A stretch of 40,641 bases of DNA, from positions 1 through 40,641 of the IMG/VR virus record IMGVR_UViG_3300008085_000056; one strand, given 5' to 3'. The notes beneath the pieces were generated by a model. The model was not told the origin of the DNA. It saw nothing but the letters and a program-made list of their open reading frames with translations, and searched no databases. Source of the stretch: a virus (Duplodnaviria; Caudoviricetes). Shown here one piece after another: positions 31,901-38,680 of this stretch (within the stretch, counting starts at the first letter, position 1; each line of letters starts with the position of its first letter). The translations under genes and the position numbers were made by a program.

Positions 31901-33466
31901 AAACGTGAATTATGGTATTTGCAAATAGCTGATACTAAAGATTTAAAATCGTATAGATTAAATTTAGAATCTAAATCAGTTAAAGCAAAAGGAAAATCAC
32001 AGACTATAAAAGATATAATTTTATTAGATGGTATCCACGATACATATTGTTTTACAGAAAATGAAAAACACCAAGGTGTTTTTAATAATGTATTAACAAA
32101 ACAATGTAACTTAACTGAAATCAATGGTTTACTATGTAAAACACGAGAAGACTTTTTACGTGCGTGTAAAGCTAGTGCAATCATTGGAACGTTTCAAGCA
32201 GGTTTTACATATGAACCATATTTAGGTAAAGTATCTCAAGAAATTATGGAACATGAAGCATTATTGGGATGTTCTATTACAGGATTCATGAATAATCCAA
32301 AAATATTATTTGATGAAGACTTGTTAAGAGAAGGTGCTAAACTCATATTGGAAGTGAATGAAATCGTTGCGGAAATGATTGGTATTAATCCAACCGCTCG
32401 TGCAACATGTACCAAACCATCAGGAAATGCATCTGTGATGTTAGGAACAACATCTGGTATTCATGGAGAACATTCAAAGCGTTATCTAAGACATAAACAA
32501 TTAAATAAGATGGATGAATATGGACAGTATTTATATTTAAGAAATCCCGAAATGTTTGAAGATTCTGTATGGAGTTCGACTAAATCTGATTGGTCTGTAG
32601 CATTCCCGATTGAAGCACCCGAACATTCAATATTTAATTCCGATTTAAAAGGAGTTAAATTATTAGAATATGTACTCAAAGTACAAAATTCTTGGGTAGA
32701 AGCAGGAACACGTGTTGAACGATGTGTTCATCCTAAACTTAGACATAATGTATCTAATACAATTAGTGTAGATAATTGGGATGAAGTGGCAGATTTTATA
32801 TTTGAACACAAAGATAAAATTACAGGTGTATCCTTATTAAGCGATTCGGGTGATAAAGATTATAATCAAGCACCTTATACAGCGGTTTATACTCCAAAAG
32901 AGATGTTGAAAGAATATGGTGATAGTGTCGTATTCGCTTCAGGATTGATTGTAGATGGGTTAAAAGCATTTGATAATAACTTATGGTTAGCATGTGATAC
33001 TGCGATGGGTATAGGCTTAAAATTATCTTATACTAATTCAGAAGTAGAAAACATTATTAACAAACCATTTGAAAATAATGATGAACGACTACGATACATT
33101 GAAGACCTTTGGGTCAATTTAGGTATTAAGCGTAGAATTGCATCTAAATTAGCAAAAACCGATGAGTTACCAACAGTATACGAGTACAAAGAATACTTAG
33201 ATAATGTTATACTATCAGATACATTTAATGGTGCAATGAAAAAAGATTGGATTAGAAGATTTAAATCATTTGCAAATAAATATCTCAAAGATGATAAGAA
33301 AAAAACTTCATATCTACTAAAAGATGTTTACAATTGGCATAAATGGTCTAGAATTACTGCAAACTTAGAACCAATCGATTGGTCTTCGTTGGATATTCAA
33401 CCTCAATATACAGATATTGATACGTTGGGTGCTATTGCATGTAGCGGTGGCGCATGTGAAATCTAA
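28976..33466 (+). CDS. nrdJ: ribonucleotide reductase, probably class II (B12-dependent, monomeric NrdJ/RTPR type), with two inteins; about 806 aa after splicing
   Basis: YNCA, GCGVGFS, GGLRRSA, RSNNS, GEP, NP/CVE, CNLTEIN, KPSGNAS, C-terminal ACSGGACEI; no beta-subunit gene adjacent. Confidence 0.8.
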   Translation: MNKKIDGKKLLGDFQFISGYSKYNEEIQKKETWLDSTKRVMGMHYIKYKDKIDSNPKLKELFDFAHSAYDDQLVLASQRSLQYGGEPTLRKQMRIYNCAVTYLDRIRAFQEIMFMLMMGCGVGFSAQTKHIAKLPKLSARNKGTKTYIVPDTSEGWADSFGVLLSSYVAEGYDTTFPEYQGYKVYFDYSLVRPEGAYITGGFKAPSHKGLKKSIEKVQDLLDKEVSLSVNVSVPFRSIVAYDVVMHMSDAVLSGGLRRSATICVFSFDDTEMMKAKTGDWYLTNPQRGRSNNSVALLRDTVTREQFDFIIESTKQFGEPAFVFVDDEDILVNPCVTSDTTVKTTEGTKLVKDLIGKPFNAIVDGSVYKSLSNGFWKTGTKPVYQLETKKGFKIKATGNHQFQYKLNDKDDYKWEELSNIPLKSKIRLNDHTVYNSELQIDSEFERGWAIGSLIGDGTFIDNSAHLCYWGDVEELNVAKTILNSHFKSYDKLKVGTTFEDKTTFSSKKLQMLAQKLNIIRGNKILNSTVETQSDNFIKGVLRGYFDSDGSVQGTQEKGVSIRLTSIELQNLEIVQRMLLRFGIMSSIYKNRRIEQLRELPDGRGGTKEYLCKHIHELVISKQSLKKFNDIIGFFNKDKSEKLVDLLSKYKRQLNNDKFYDTVVSINLIGYEDVYDVTIDEVHAFDANGFYAHNCVEISFKPLHHLTNESGWQTCVSHDTKLITKTGIETIGNLSDNNLSAEIWNGEKWSLVTPVKTGENKKLYRVLFGDGSYLDCTDNHTFLVKNRFEKTYRELETKDLIKELVNTKYTLSVPRVNITYDSGIHEEYAYEYGYILGDGCATIHHKDVELKYRTPFASLYEDINLPLRGNIGTSQFNSYGTKFHNIYFIDVDKKFSFELKYDYGLPKTIFTWDRNSIINFVAGWIDADGSAQGNGCRLYGEEHKLRDAQLLLTKIGVNSSINKLGNVGDKTSMNLVRKRELWYLQIADTKDLKSYRLNLESKSVKAKGKSQTIKDIILLDGIHDTYCFTENEKHQGVFNNVLTKQCNLTEINGLLCKTREDFLRACKASAIIGTFQAGFTYEPYLGKVSQEIMEHEALLGCSITGFMNNPKILFDEDLLREGAKLILEVNEIVAEMIGINPTARATCTKPSGNASVMLGTTSGIHGEHSKRYLRHKQLNKMDEYGQYLYLRNPEMFEDSVWSSTKSDWSVAFPIEAPEHSIFNSDLKGVKLLEYVLKVQNSWVEAGTRVERCVHPKLRHNVSNTISVDNWDEVADFIFEHKDKITGVSLLSDSGDKDYNQAPYTAVYTPKEMLKEYGDSVVFASGLIVDGLKAFDNNLWLACDTAMGIGLKLSYTNSEVENIINKPFENNDERLRYIEDLWVNLGIKRRIASKLAKTDELPTVYEYKEYLDNVILSDTFNGAMKKDWIRRFKSFANKYLKDDKKKTSYLLKDVYNWHKWSRITANLEPIDWSSLDIQPQYTDIDTLGAIACSGGACEI
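29975..31051 (+). mobile_element. intein 1 of RNR with LAGLIDADG endonuclease (359 aa)
   Basis: CVTSDTTV start after NP, ATGNHQF, IGSLIGDG, LRGYFDSDG, ends VYDVTI...YAHN then Cys. Confidence 0.93.
31112..32104 (+). mobile_element. intein 2 of RNR with LAGLIDADG endonuclease (331 aa), C-terminal Gln
   Basis: CVSHDTKL start, CTDNHTF, YGYILGDG, VAGWIDADG, ends TYCFTE...VLTKQ then CNLTE. Confidence 0.9.
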
Positions 33467-33480
33467 TAAAAACAATAAAA

Positions 33481-33512
33481 TGGGTGTATCTAAAAAATAC
33501 ACCCAATTTTTT
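33481..33512 (+). terminator. rho-independent terminator after RNR
   Basis: tgggtgtat-ctaaaaa-atacaccca followed by a T-run. Confidence 0.75.
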
Positions 33513-33540
33513 GACAAATGATAATTATTTTGTATATTAT
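33511..33540 (+). promoter_or_regulatory. sigma70-like promoter upstream of accessory genes and cassette array 1
   Basis: TTGACA with TATATT (16 bp) or TATTAT (18 bp). Confidence 0.55.
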
Positions 33541-33568
33541 CAATAAACAATAAACAAACTACATTATT

Positions 33569-33985
33569 ATGATTACAATTGATACTATAGTGAAAACTAG
33601 TTCAACTATTTCTAGTCCACACGATTTAGATATCGATTATTTAGATATCAATATCAAACTTTCTAAATTAAAAAACTATTTAATTGATTCGTGTATAGAC
33701 CCCGATTTATCAAAAATTGATAATGACTCGGATGAATATATTATTCTCCAATGCGAAGATATGTTTACCATCGATGATATGTATGCTCAACATGATGTTT
33801 CCGAAAATGTAAATGTAGATATAGAAATTGAAGAAATTATTGAAGAAATAAAATCAAACAATATACCTATCAAACTCGAAGAGTATAATAATTTGGATGA
33901 AGAAATAAGACATAAATTTTTAATGGATTTTTTAGAAAGAAATAAAAATATACGATTGGAAGAATTTATTATTAAACTTAAATAG
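33569..33985 (+). CDS. hypothetical acidic protein
   Basis: 138 aa ORF, no motif. Confidence 0.6.
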   Translation: MITIDTIVKTSSTISSPHDLDIDYLDINIKLSKLKNYLIDSCIDPDLSKIDNDSDEYIILQCEDMFTIDDMYAQHDVSENVNVDIEIEEIIEEIKSNNIPIKLEEYNNLDEEIRHKFLMDFLERNKNIRLEEFIIKLK

Positions 33986-33986
33986 T

Positions 33987-34244
33987 ATGAAAGATTTGAA
34001 TATTATGTATAAAGAATCACCCAAATTTCCCACATGGGAAAAGATTGAAGGTATTGGTGTACTCCCAGATAAACAAGAAATTAAAATTTACTACAATGAA
34101 TACGTGGCAAATTTGGGTGATTTAATGGAAGATTTTATTAAGCACCAATCAAAACCATTTTGGAAACGAAATTATTATCATATCTACTTATCTAAGATAT
34201 ACAAAGATATGCTTAATAAAATTGAACTTAGACATGGTATTTAA
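33987..34244 (+). CDS. hypothetical protein
   Basis: 85 aa ORF ending just before the first palindromic site. Confidence 0.6.
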   Translation: MKDLNIMYKESPKFPTWEKIEGIGVLPDKQEIKIYYNEYVANLGDLMEDFIKHQSKPFWKRNYYHIYLSKIYKDMLNKIELRHGI

Positions 34245-34251
34245 TTGGTTA

Positions 34252-34373
34252 TAACGTTTTGCATATACCCGAATGGGGATTACGAAGCAATAACTATCAA
34301 TTAACAATGAATATTAACCGAAGTACAAAGTTACATTTCAGCACTAAACCCCTCTTTTTGGTATATGCTGTTA
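34252..34373. repeat. attC-like site S1 (122 bp)
   Basis: TAAC gtttt gcatatacc ... ggtatatgc t GTTA. Confidence 0.75.
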
Positions 34374-34422
34374 TAGCCAGTGCTTCTTTCAACGGAATTA
34401 TTAACTTTTAAATAATAAACAA

Positions 34423-34764
34423 ATGAAATTAAAATCAAGATTCAAAAAGGCTTTATTTGCTTTCTTCAAAGAGGAAATATTAAGCTCTGTTGGTTACAAT
34501 CAACCAATGCAAACTATTCAGCACATTTGTAAAGAAATGCGAATGACTGAAATCCGTTCTGAAATATTATTATCGGATGTAGGTAGTGAACGATACGGGC
34601 TACCTGCAAATGTGGTTTATGAAAAATCACTTGAAGAAGCAAGAAGAAGGTTGTTTGAAGAAAGTATGAAGTTTATTCAAATAGATGAAAAATCTGTTAT
34701 TGACCCACACATATATCCGACCAGAGCAATTAAAGTAAGCCTTTTTGTAGGTGTACGCTCTTAG
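34423..34764 (+). CDS. cassette A hypothetical protein
   Basis: 113 aa; segment ends gttatagccagtgct (34370) and agcattggctataac (34777) are complementary at 14/15. Confidence 0.75.
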   Translation: MKLKSRFKKALFAFFKEEILSSVGYNQPMQTIQHICKEMRMTEIRSEILLSDVGSERYGLPANVVYEKSLEEARRRLFEESMKFIQIDEKSVIDPHIYPTRAIKVSLFVGVRS

Positions 34765-34773
34765 CATTGGCTA

Positions 34774-34900
34774 TAACGTAAAAGGCTATGTGTAGTGCCT
34801 TTTTCAAATTACGTACTAACTTAATTAAAAGTAGAAATGATGAATACAGAACAGAACTCCGATAACCCACAGAGTCAGCAATTAAATATAGCCGATGTTA
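34774..34900. repeat. attC-like site S2 (127 bp)
   Basis: TAAC gtaaaa ggctatgt ... atatagcc gat GTTA. Confidence 0.7.
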
Positions 34901-35049
34901 TGGTTGGTTTTTTAGAAATGAAAGCGAAAGAGCATAAATGTAAACCAAGTGAATTAAATATAGGATATTACGAAGGTGAAGCATTTCTTTATAAGACATA
35001 TTACGACAAATATCACGAAACACAAGTAGCTTGGGAGAGCAAGATTTAA
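34837..35049 (+). CDS. cassette B hypothetical protein (starts inside S2)
   Basis: 70 aa; ends gttatggttggtttt and aaaattagccataac pair at 12/15 plus 3 G-T. Confidence 0.7.
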   Translation: MMNTEQNSDNPQSQQLNIADVMVGFLEMKAKEHKCKPSELNIGYYEGEAFLYKTYYDKYHETQVAWESKI

Positions 35050-35081
35050 TAACTGGTGAAGTCACTCGTTAAAATTAGCCA

Positions 35082-35201
35082 TAACGGTTATAAATAAAAG
35101 CAGTATGAAAGAAAAGATAAAAGATTATATAAGGCAGTATGTTAAAGGTGGCTACACACTTGATGAAGTAGCAGACGATATATTACTTTTATTTAGTGTT
35201 A
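35082..35201. repeat. attC-like site S3 (120 bp)
   Basis: TAAC ggtta taaataaaagcagtat ... atattacttttattta gt GTTA. Confidence 0.75.
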
Positions 35202-35284
35202 GCAAATCTGCTAATACCGAAAATGAAATAAATGTGGATGACCCGAATGCACCTTGGAACTGGAAAAATAGTAGTGAACTTTAG
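35105..35284 (+). CDS. cassette C small protein, 59 aa (not in ORF track; starts inside S3)
   Basis: MKEKIKDYIRQYVKGGYTLDEVADDILLLFSVSKSANTENEINVDDPNAPWNWKNSSEL; ends gttagcaaatctgcta and tagctgtttactaac are partly complementary. Confidence 0.6.
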   Translation: MKEKIKDYIRQYVKGGYTLDEVADDILLLFSVSKSANTENEINVDDPNAPWNWKNSSEL

Positions 35285-35292
35285 CTGTTTAC

Positions 35293-35418
35293 TAACGTTT
35301 TTGGGCTTTGTGTCCGTTGGCGACTTAAACCACAAATGTTAAATTGAAAGACGAATATTGATATGAGCAAAAAGTTGAATTGAAAGACGAAACCACCAAT
35401 GGCACAAATAATGTGTTA
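35293..35418. repeat. attC-like site S4 (126 bp)
   Basis: TAAC gtttttgggc tttgtgtccgttgg ... ccaatggcacaaa taatgt GTTA. Confidence 0.7.
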
Positions 35419-35640
35419 ACATCAACCTTTTCTTTCAACGAAAAGGTTGCTTGGGATAGTCATTTTGGTTATGAGATTGGATATTTTTTAGGCGAAGGAC
35501 ACGTTTATGAAACATACTTAATTGATGTTAAAACTGGCGTTGTTCACGAGCCTACTTGTTATCCTAAATCGGAAATTCATAAATACTCAAACGAGTTGAT
35601 TGATAAACTCGCTAAAAAATATGATTATGAAAAACGTTAA
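35380..35640 (+). CDS. cassette D hypothetical protein (starts inside S4; possibly damaged at both ends)
   Basis: 86 aa from TTG; an out-of-frame ATG at 35363; stop codon lies inside S5. Confidence 0.6.
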   Translation: MKDETTNGTNNVLTSTFSFNEKVAWDSHFGYEIGYFLGEGHVYETYLIDVKTGVVHEPTCYPKSEIHKYSNELIDKLAKKYDYEKR

Positions 35641-35754
35641 ATGTATGAAATGTAGGCGAATAGGAACTACTACCTTATCCACATGCGCAAACTAAATAGA
35701 AAGTAGAAAAGTATAAACCTGCACTGAACCACCTATATTTTATACATATTGTTA
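35632..35754. repeat. attC-like site S5 (123 bp, degenerate AAAC core)
   Basis: aAAC gttaa atgtatgaaatgtagg ... cctatattttatacat att GTTA; arms closely resemble S7. Confidence 0.75.
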
Positions 35755-35784
35755 GGCGTATGTGCTTTTAAATCGGAGGTAAAG

Positions 35785-35967
35785 ATGAAATACAAAGTTT
35801 ATATCGTAAAAACAGATGATGAAACCAAGGTGGCTACATTCATCGAAGCAGATTTTAATTGGGGTTGTGGTTTTGACACAATCGAAGATGCTAATGATAG
35901 GATTCGAAGCAGAGGTTATGACTATGTCCATTATGTAATACTCCCTTATGTGTACATGACTTCTTAG
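35785..35967 (+). CDS. cassette E hypothetical protein (60 aa from ATG 35785)
   Basis: GGAGGT 4 nt before ATG; ends gttaggcgtatgtgct and agcattacacctaac are complementary. Confidence 0.7.
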   Translation: MKYKVYIVKTDDETKVATFIEADFNWGCGFDTIEDANDRIRSRGYDYVHYVILPYVYMTS

Positions 35968-35976
35968 CATTACACC

Positions 35977-36102
35977 TAACGGTTCGCAGCTATATTTAGT
36001 TGCGGTTTTAGAAAACGAAAACTTTAAATAAAAACAGAATTATGTTAGAAAATGAAAACATAAATGAATCAGAAACTCCGCAATTGAATATAGGCACTGT
36101 TA
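35977..36102. repeat. attC-like site S6 (126 bp)
   Basis: TAAC ggttcgcag ctatatttagttgcgg ... ccgcaattgaatatag gcact GTTA; first 17 nt identical to S9. Confidence 0.8.
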
Positions 36103-36269
36103 GGCGTAGTGCTGATATGTGGTGGAAAACATTAACTCACGATACAAGAGTGAAATATGCAACAGAACAACTTTCCAAAAAAGGTCAGATTTTTAGATAT
36201 AACAATGATGGTTTAATTTCTGGATTCACTTTATCGGATGTGGTAGAGTTGTTCGAGCATCACGGCTAA
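36042..36269 (+). CDS. cassette F hypothetical protein (starts inside S6)
   Basis: 75 aa; stop codon is the TAA of the terminal TAAC; ends gttaggcgtagtgct and agcatcacggctaac pair at 12/15. Confidence 0.7.
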   Translation: MLENENINESETPQLNIGTVRRSADMWWKTLTHDTRVKYATEQLSKKGQIFRYNNDGLISGFTLSDVVELFEHHG

Positions 36270-36340
36270 CTTGTTTATATATGAACTAATGTGTAACATT
36301 TATAACTAAACTGTTACACACCAAAGGTTTAACGTTACAC
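36264..36340 (-). other. candidate attI-like primary recombination site
   Basis: Last TAAC is not followed by a long palindrome; minus strand reads tatataaacaaGTTAGCC; GTTACAC at 36313 and 36334 plus an inverted copy at 36291. Confidence 0.45.
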
Positions 36341-36422
36341 TTTAAAAATAAAAAATAAAAATTAATAAAAGGTATTTTATATTATGATTCTAATAAAAGA
36401 ACAAAATCCAACATGATGTAGA

Positions 36423-36953
36423 TTATGATAACTCTTCTTCTAATTGATTATCCACTGGTGTAGGTGTTGATGGAGAAGTGTTTGCTTCTTTAATTGCATT
36501 ATATTTAGATGATACATTACCTGTGTAAAAAATACCAATATTTACCCATGTAAATTCTACATATAACTCCATTGTTTTAATTATGTCATCCCATGACATA
36601 CCATTTAAAGTTTTATAAAGATAGTAACCAATTAATATAGTTACGAATACTTGAAACGTTTTAAAAATTTTATAAGATATTTGGGTTTTTTTATTTTTTA
36701 AATCATCGCGTTTAAATTCTGTTGCTTTGATGGTTATATACTTCGTAGCAGTATTAGCACTCATATATAATCCAATGTTTGTCCAAGTGAATTCAGACCA
36801 TAATTCAAATAAATCATAAAAAAATTTAAACTGATATTCATATAAAAAAATATTATATAAATATATAAATAAACAAAAAAAAGATACTACTATTTGTAAT
36901 ATAACAAACCAACGGAATTTAACCGATTCCATATTTACAAACAATGATTCCAT
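36423..36953 (-). CDS. membrane protein with internal duplication
   Basis: 176 aa; two repeats of a hydrophobic helix followed by EL(W/Y)xEFTWxNIGxxxxxNxxxKY. Confidence 0.7.
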   Translation of the reverse strand: MESLFVNMESVKFRWFVILQIVVSFFCLFIYLYNIFLYEYQFKFFYDLFELWSEFTWTNIGLYMSANTATKYITIKATEFKRDDLKNKKTQISYKIFKTFQVFVTILIGYYLYKTLNGMSWDDIIKTMELYVEFTWVNIGIFYTGNVSSKYNAIKEANTSPSTPTPVDNQLEEELS

Positions 36954-36973
36954 ATAATTAATTATATGAAATC

Positions 36974-37120
36974 TTATCTATTTGTTAAGTCTTCCTTTAT
37001 TTTTTTCTTTTCATCATCAGATAAATTTCTCCACGTGATTATTTCATTTATATTACGCTTACAACTGATACACACATCATCTACCAATTTACATATTTTT
37101 ATACACGGTGATGTTTCCAT
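36974..37120 (-). CDS. DUF1289-like four-cysteine small protein, 48 aa (not in ORF track)
   Basis: METSPCIKICKLVDDVCISCKRNINEIITWRNLSDDEKKKI matches SPCxxxC...CxxCxRxxxEIxxW. Confidence 0.8.
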   Translation of the reverse strand: METSPCIKICKLVDDVCISCKRNINEIITWRNLSDDEKKKIKEDLTNR

Positions 37121-37305
37121 TAGTTACTAAACAATTCCCACGTAGCTATAATTTCTGTACCAACTGTTGCACTAAATACATCAATTGCAACTTTAGATAA
37201 AACTACTTGAAAAGAATGACCTACCTTTACAGGTTCATCAAGATTTTTATACATTTTATGTAGTTGGTCAATAAATAATTTTTGGTGTGACATATGAATA
37301 TCCAT
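37120..37305 (-). CDS. hypothetical protein
   Basis: 61 aa; TAATG overlap with the DUF1289-like ORF. Confidence 0.5.
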   Translation of the reverse strand: MDIHMSHQKLFIDQLHKMYKNLDEPVKVGHSFQVVLSKVAIDVFSATVGTEIIATWELFSN

Positions 37306-37358
37306 TTAGTTATGTGATTACTCCTATAAGATACAAGTAAATAATTAAATTTACAAAT

Positions 37359-37946
37359 TTATTTTCTTCGGTTATTATAATGTTTTTGTGCAACATCGTT
37401 ATTTAACCCATAGTCAATGAGAACTAAATCCCCATTCCTATTTATACCCCATGACGATGGGCGTTCTAAATCTGTATATGATTTATCTACACCAAAAGAT
37501 GTTACATATTTATGGATATCACTTAGAAATTCATCTGATTCATCTGATAATTCTATTTGTTCAAAACTATAATTACCATGAATTGTATATATTAAATACT
37601 CAAATAAATACTTCAACGAAAATCCTGCTTTAGATTTGAATGAATCTCTGGTAACTTTTTTGCATTTTTCCATTATAAGAAAAGAATTATCGGATGCAGT
37701 ATAAATAATTTCAGCTAAAAAGGATGGTGCATATCCATCATTATATAAATTTGATTCAACTTCATTTTGAGCTATACCTTTAACATTTTTTGCAACTTTA
37801 ATTACATAATCACCTGCATCATAAACATCTCGCGAACTTCCTTGTGCCATTTTTTCAAACCACATGGAAGCGTGTCGTTTCAATTTGGCATATACTATTT
37901 GTTCTTGTTCAGGTATTTTACCTTTTACTATATCAACAATACTCAT
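37359..37946 (-). CDS. protein kinase-like (PKL fold) protein
   Basis: Gly loop QGSSRDVY, VIKVAK, QNEVE, LIMEK, DLERPSSWG catalytic-loop-like, LVLIDYG. Confidence 0.75.
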   Translation of the reverse strand: MSIVDIVKGKIPEQEQIVYAKLKRHASMWFEKMAQGSSRDVYDAGDYVIKVAKNVKGIAQNEVESNLYNDGYAPSFLAEIIYTASDNSFLIMEKCKKVTRDSFKSKAGFSLKYLFEYLIYTIHGNYSFEQIELSDESDEFLSDIHKYVTSFGVDKSYTDLERPSSWGINRNGDLVLIDYGLNNDVAQKHYNNRRK

Positions 37947-38668
37947 TACTTATTCTCCTTTGGTTCTATTATAGATAAAATTTGTTCCATCGAATCCACC
38001 ATTTCTTCACGTAATTTTTTAATTTTATTAGTTGCTCGTAATGTTTTAAACACTAAATTTTCTTCTGAGAAATTACCCTTGGATGATGATAATCCCGTTT
38101 GGCGTATCTGTTTGATTCTATTTTTCAATTTGATAGCTTCGTGATACTTGGTAAGAGGGTCTTCGGTATTAGAAAGATTATCAATAGCATTAACAAAAGA
38201 AGAAATATATAAATCTATTTTTTTTCTATTGATATATGGGATTTCACGATACTTCGGTTTTTTAATCCATACATTATCAATTAACGAATAGATGGCATCA
38301 GATTTATTATCATCATTTTTATCTTCTACATATAATTCTACTTCAACACCATAAATTTTGATATCATAATCGTTATTGAAATTAGCCTTTTTAGAATTAA
38401 CAAATGCTCTAATAGTTTTATTGTCACCTTGTATTTTTTCAAAGTCTAAAATAATATGTAAATCGATATCAGATTTATTATTCCATGTATAGTCCGCAGA
38501 ACTCCCTACAAATTTTATATCAATAATTTCAGCATCGATTTCCAATGTTTCATAAAATTTCTCTGCGATTAATAATAGTTTGTTACGGACATTGGATTTT
38601 AACCTATCCAATTCCCACAAGTCTGGATTTAATTCCTTCTTTGGTAATCCAAAAATTCTTCTCGGCAT
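37946..38668 (-). CDS. Pol beta-superfamily nucleotidyltransferase
   Basis: FVGSSADYTWNNKSDIDLHII (GS..DxD), third acid in EVELYVED, FSEENLVFKTLR. Confidence 0.8.
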   Translation of the reverse strand: MPRRIFGLPKKELNPDLWELDRLKSNVRNKLLLIAEKFYETLEIDAEIIDIKFVGSSADYTWNNKSDIDLHIILDFEKIQGDNKTIRAFVNSKKANFNNDYDIKIYGVEVELYVEDKNDDNKSDAIYSLIDNVWIKKPKYREIPYINRKKIDLYISSFVNAIDNLSNTEDPLTKYHEAIKLKNRIKQIRQTGLSSSKGNFSEENLVFKTLRATNKIKKLREEMVDSMEQILSIIEPKENK

Positions 38669-38680
38669 ATTATTTTATAG

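Larger units (their letters stand above)
34252..36270. mobile_element. integron-like gene cassette array 1 (six attC-like sites, six small ORFs)
   Basis: Alternating TAAC..GTTA palindromes and single ORFs; five of six ORF segments have complementary ends. Confidence 0.75.

Noticed and set aside
562-33550. Short antisense or alternate-frame ORFs nested in long genes (e.g. 562-858, 1041-1337, 6123-6503, 27851-28342, 31675-32184)
   Set aside because: They overlap well-supported genes and have no motifs or initiation signals
35749-35970. TTG start at 35749 and antisense ORF 35752-35970
   Set aside because: ATG 35785 has a GGAGGT upstream; the antisense ORF is a shadow of the same segment
34252-36270. 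CRISPR array or simple tandem repeat interpretation of the repeated elements
   Set aside because: The elements are not identical repeats; only the cores and the fold are conserved, and the intervening segments are 100-400 bp with ORFs
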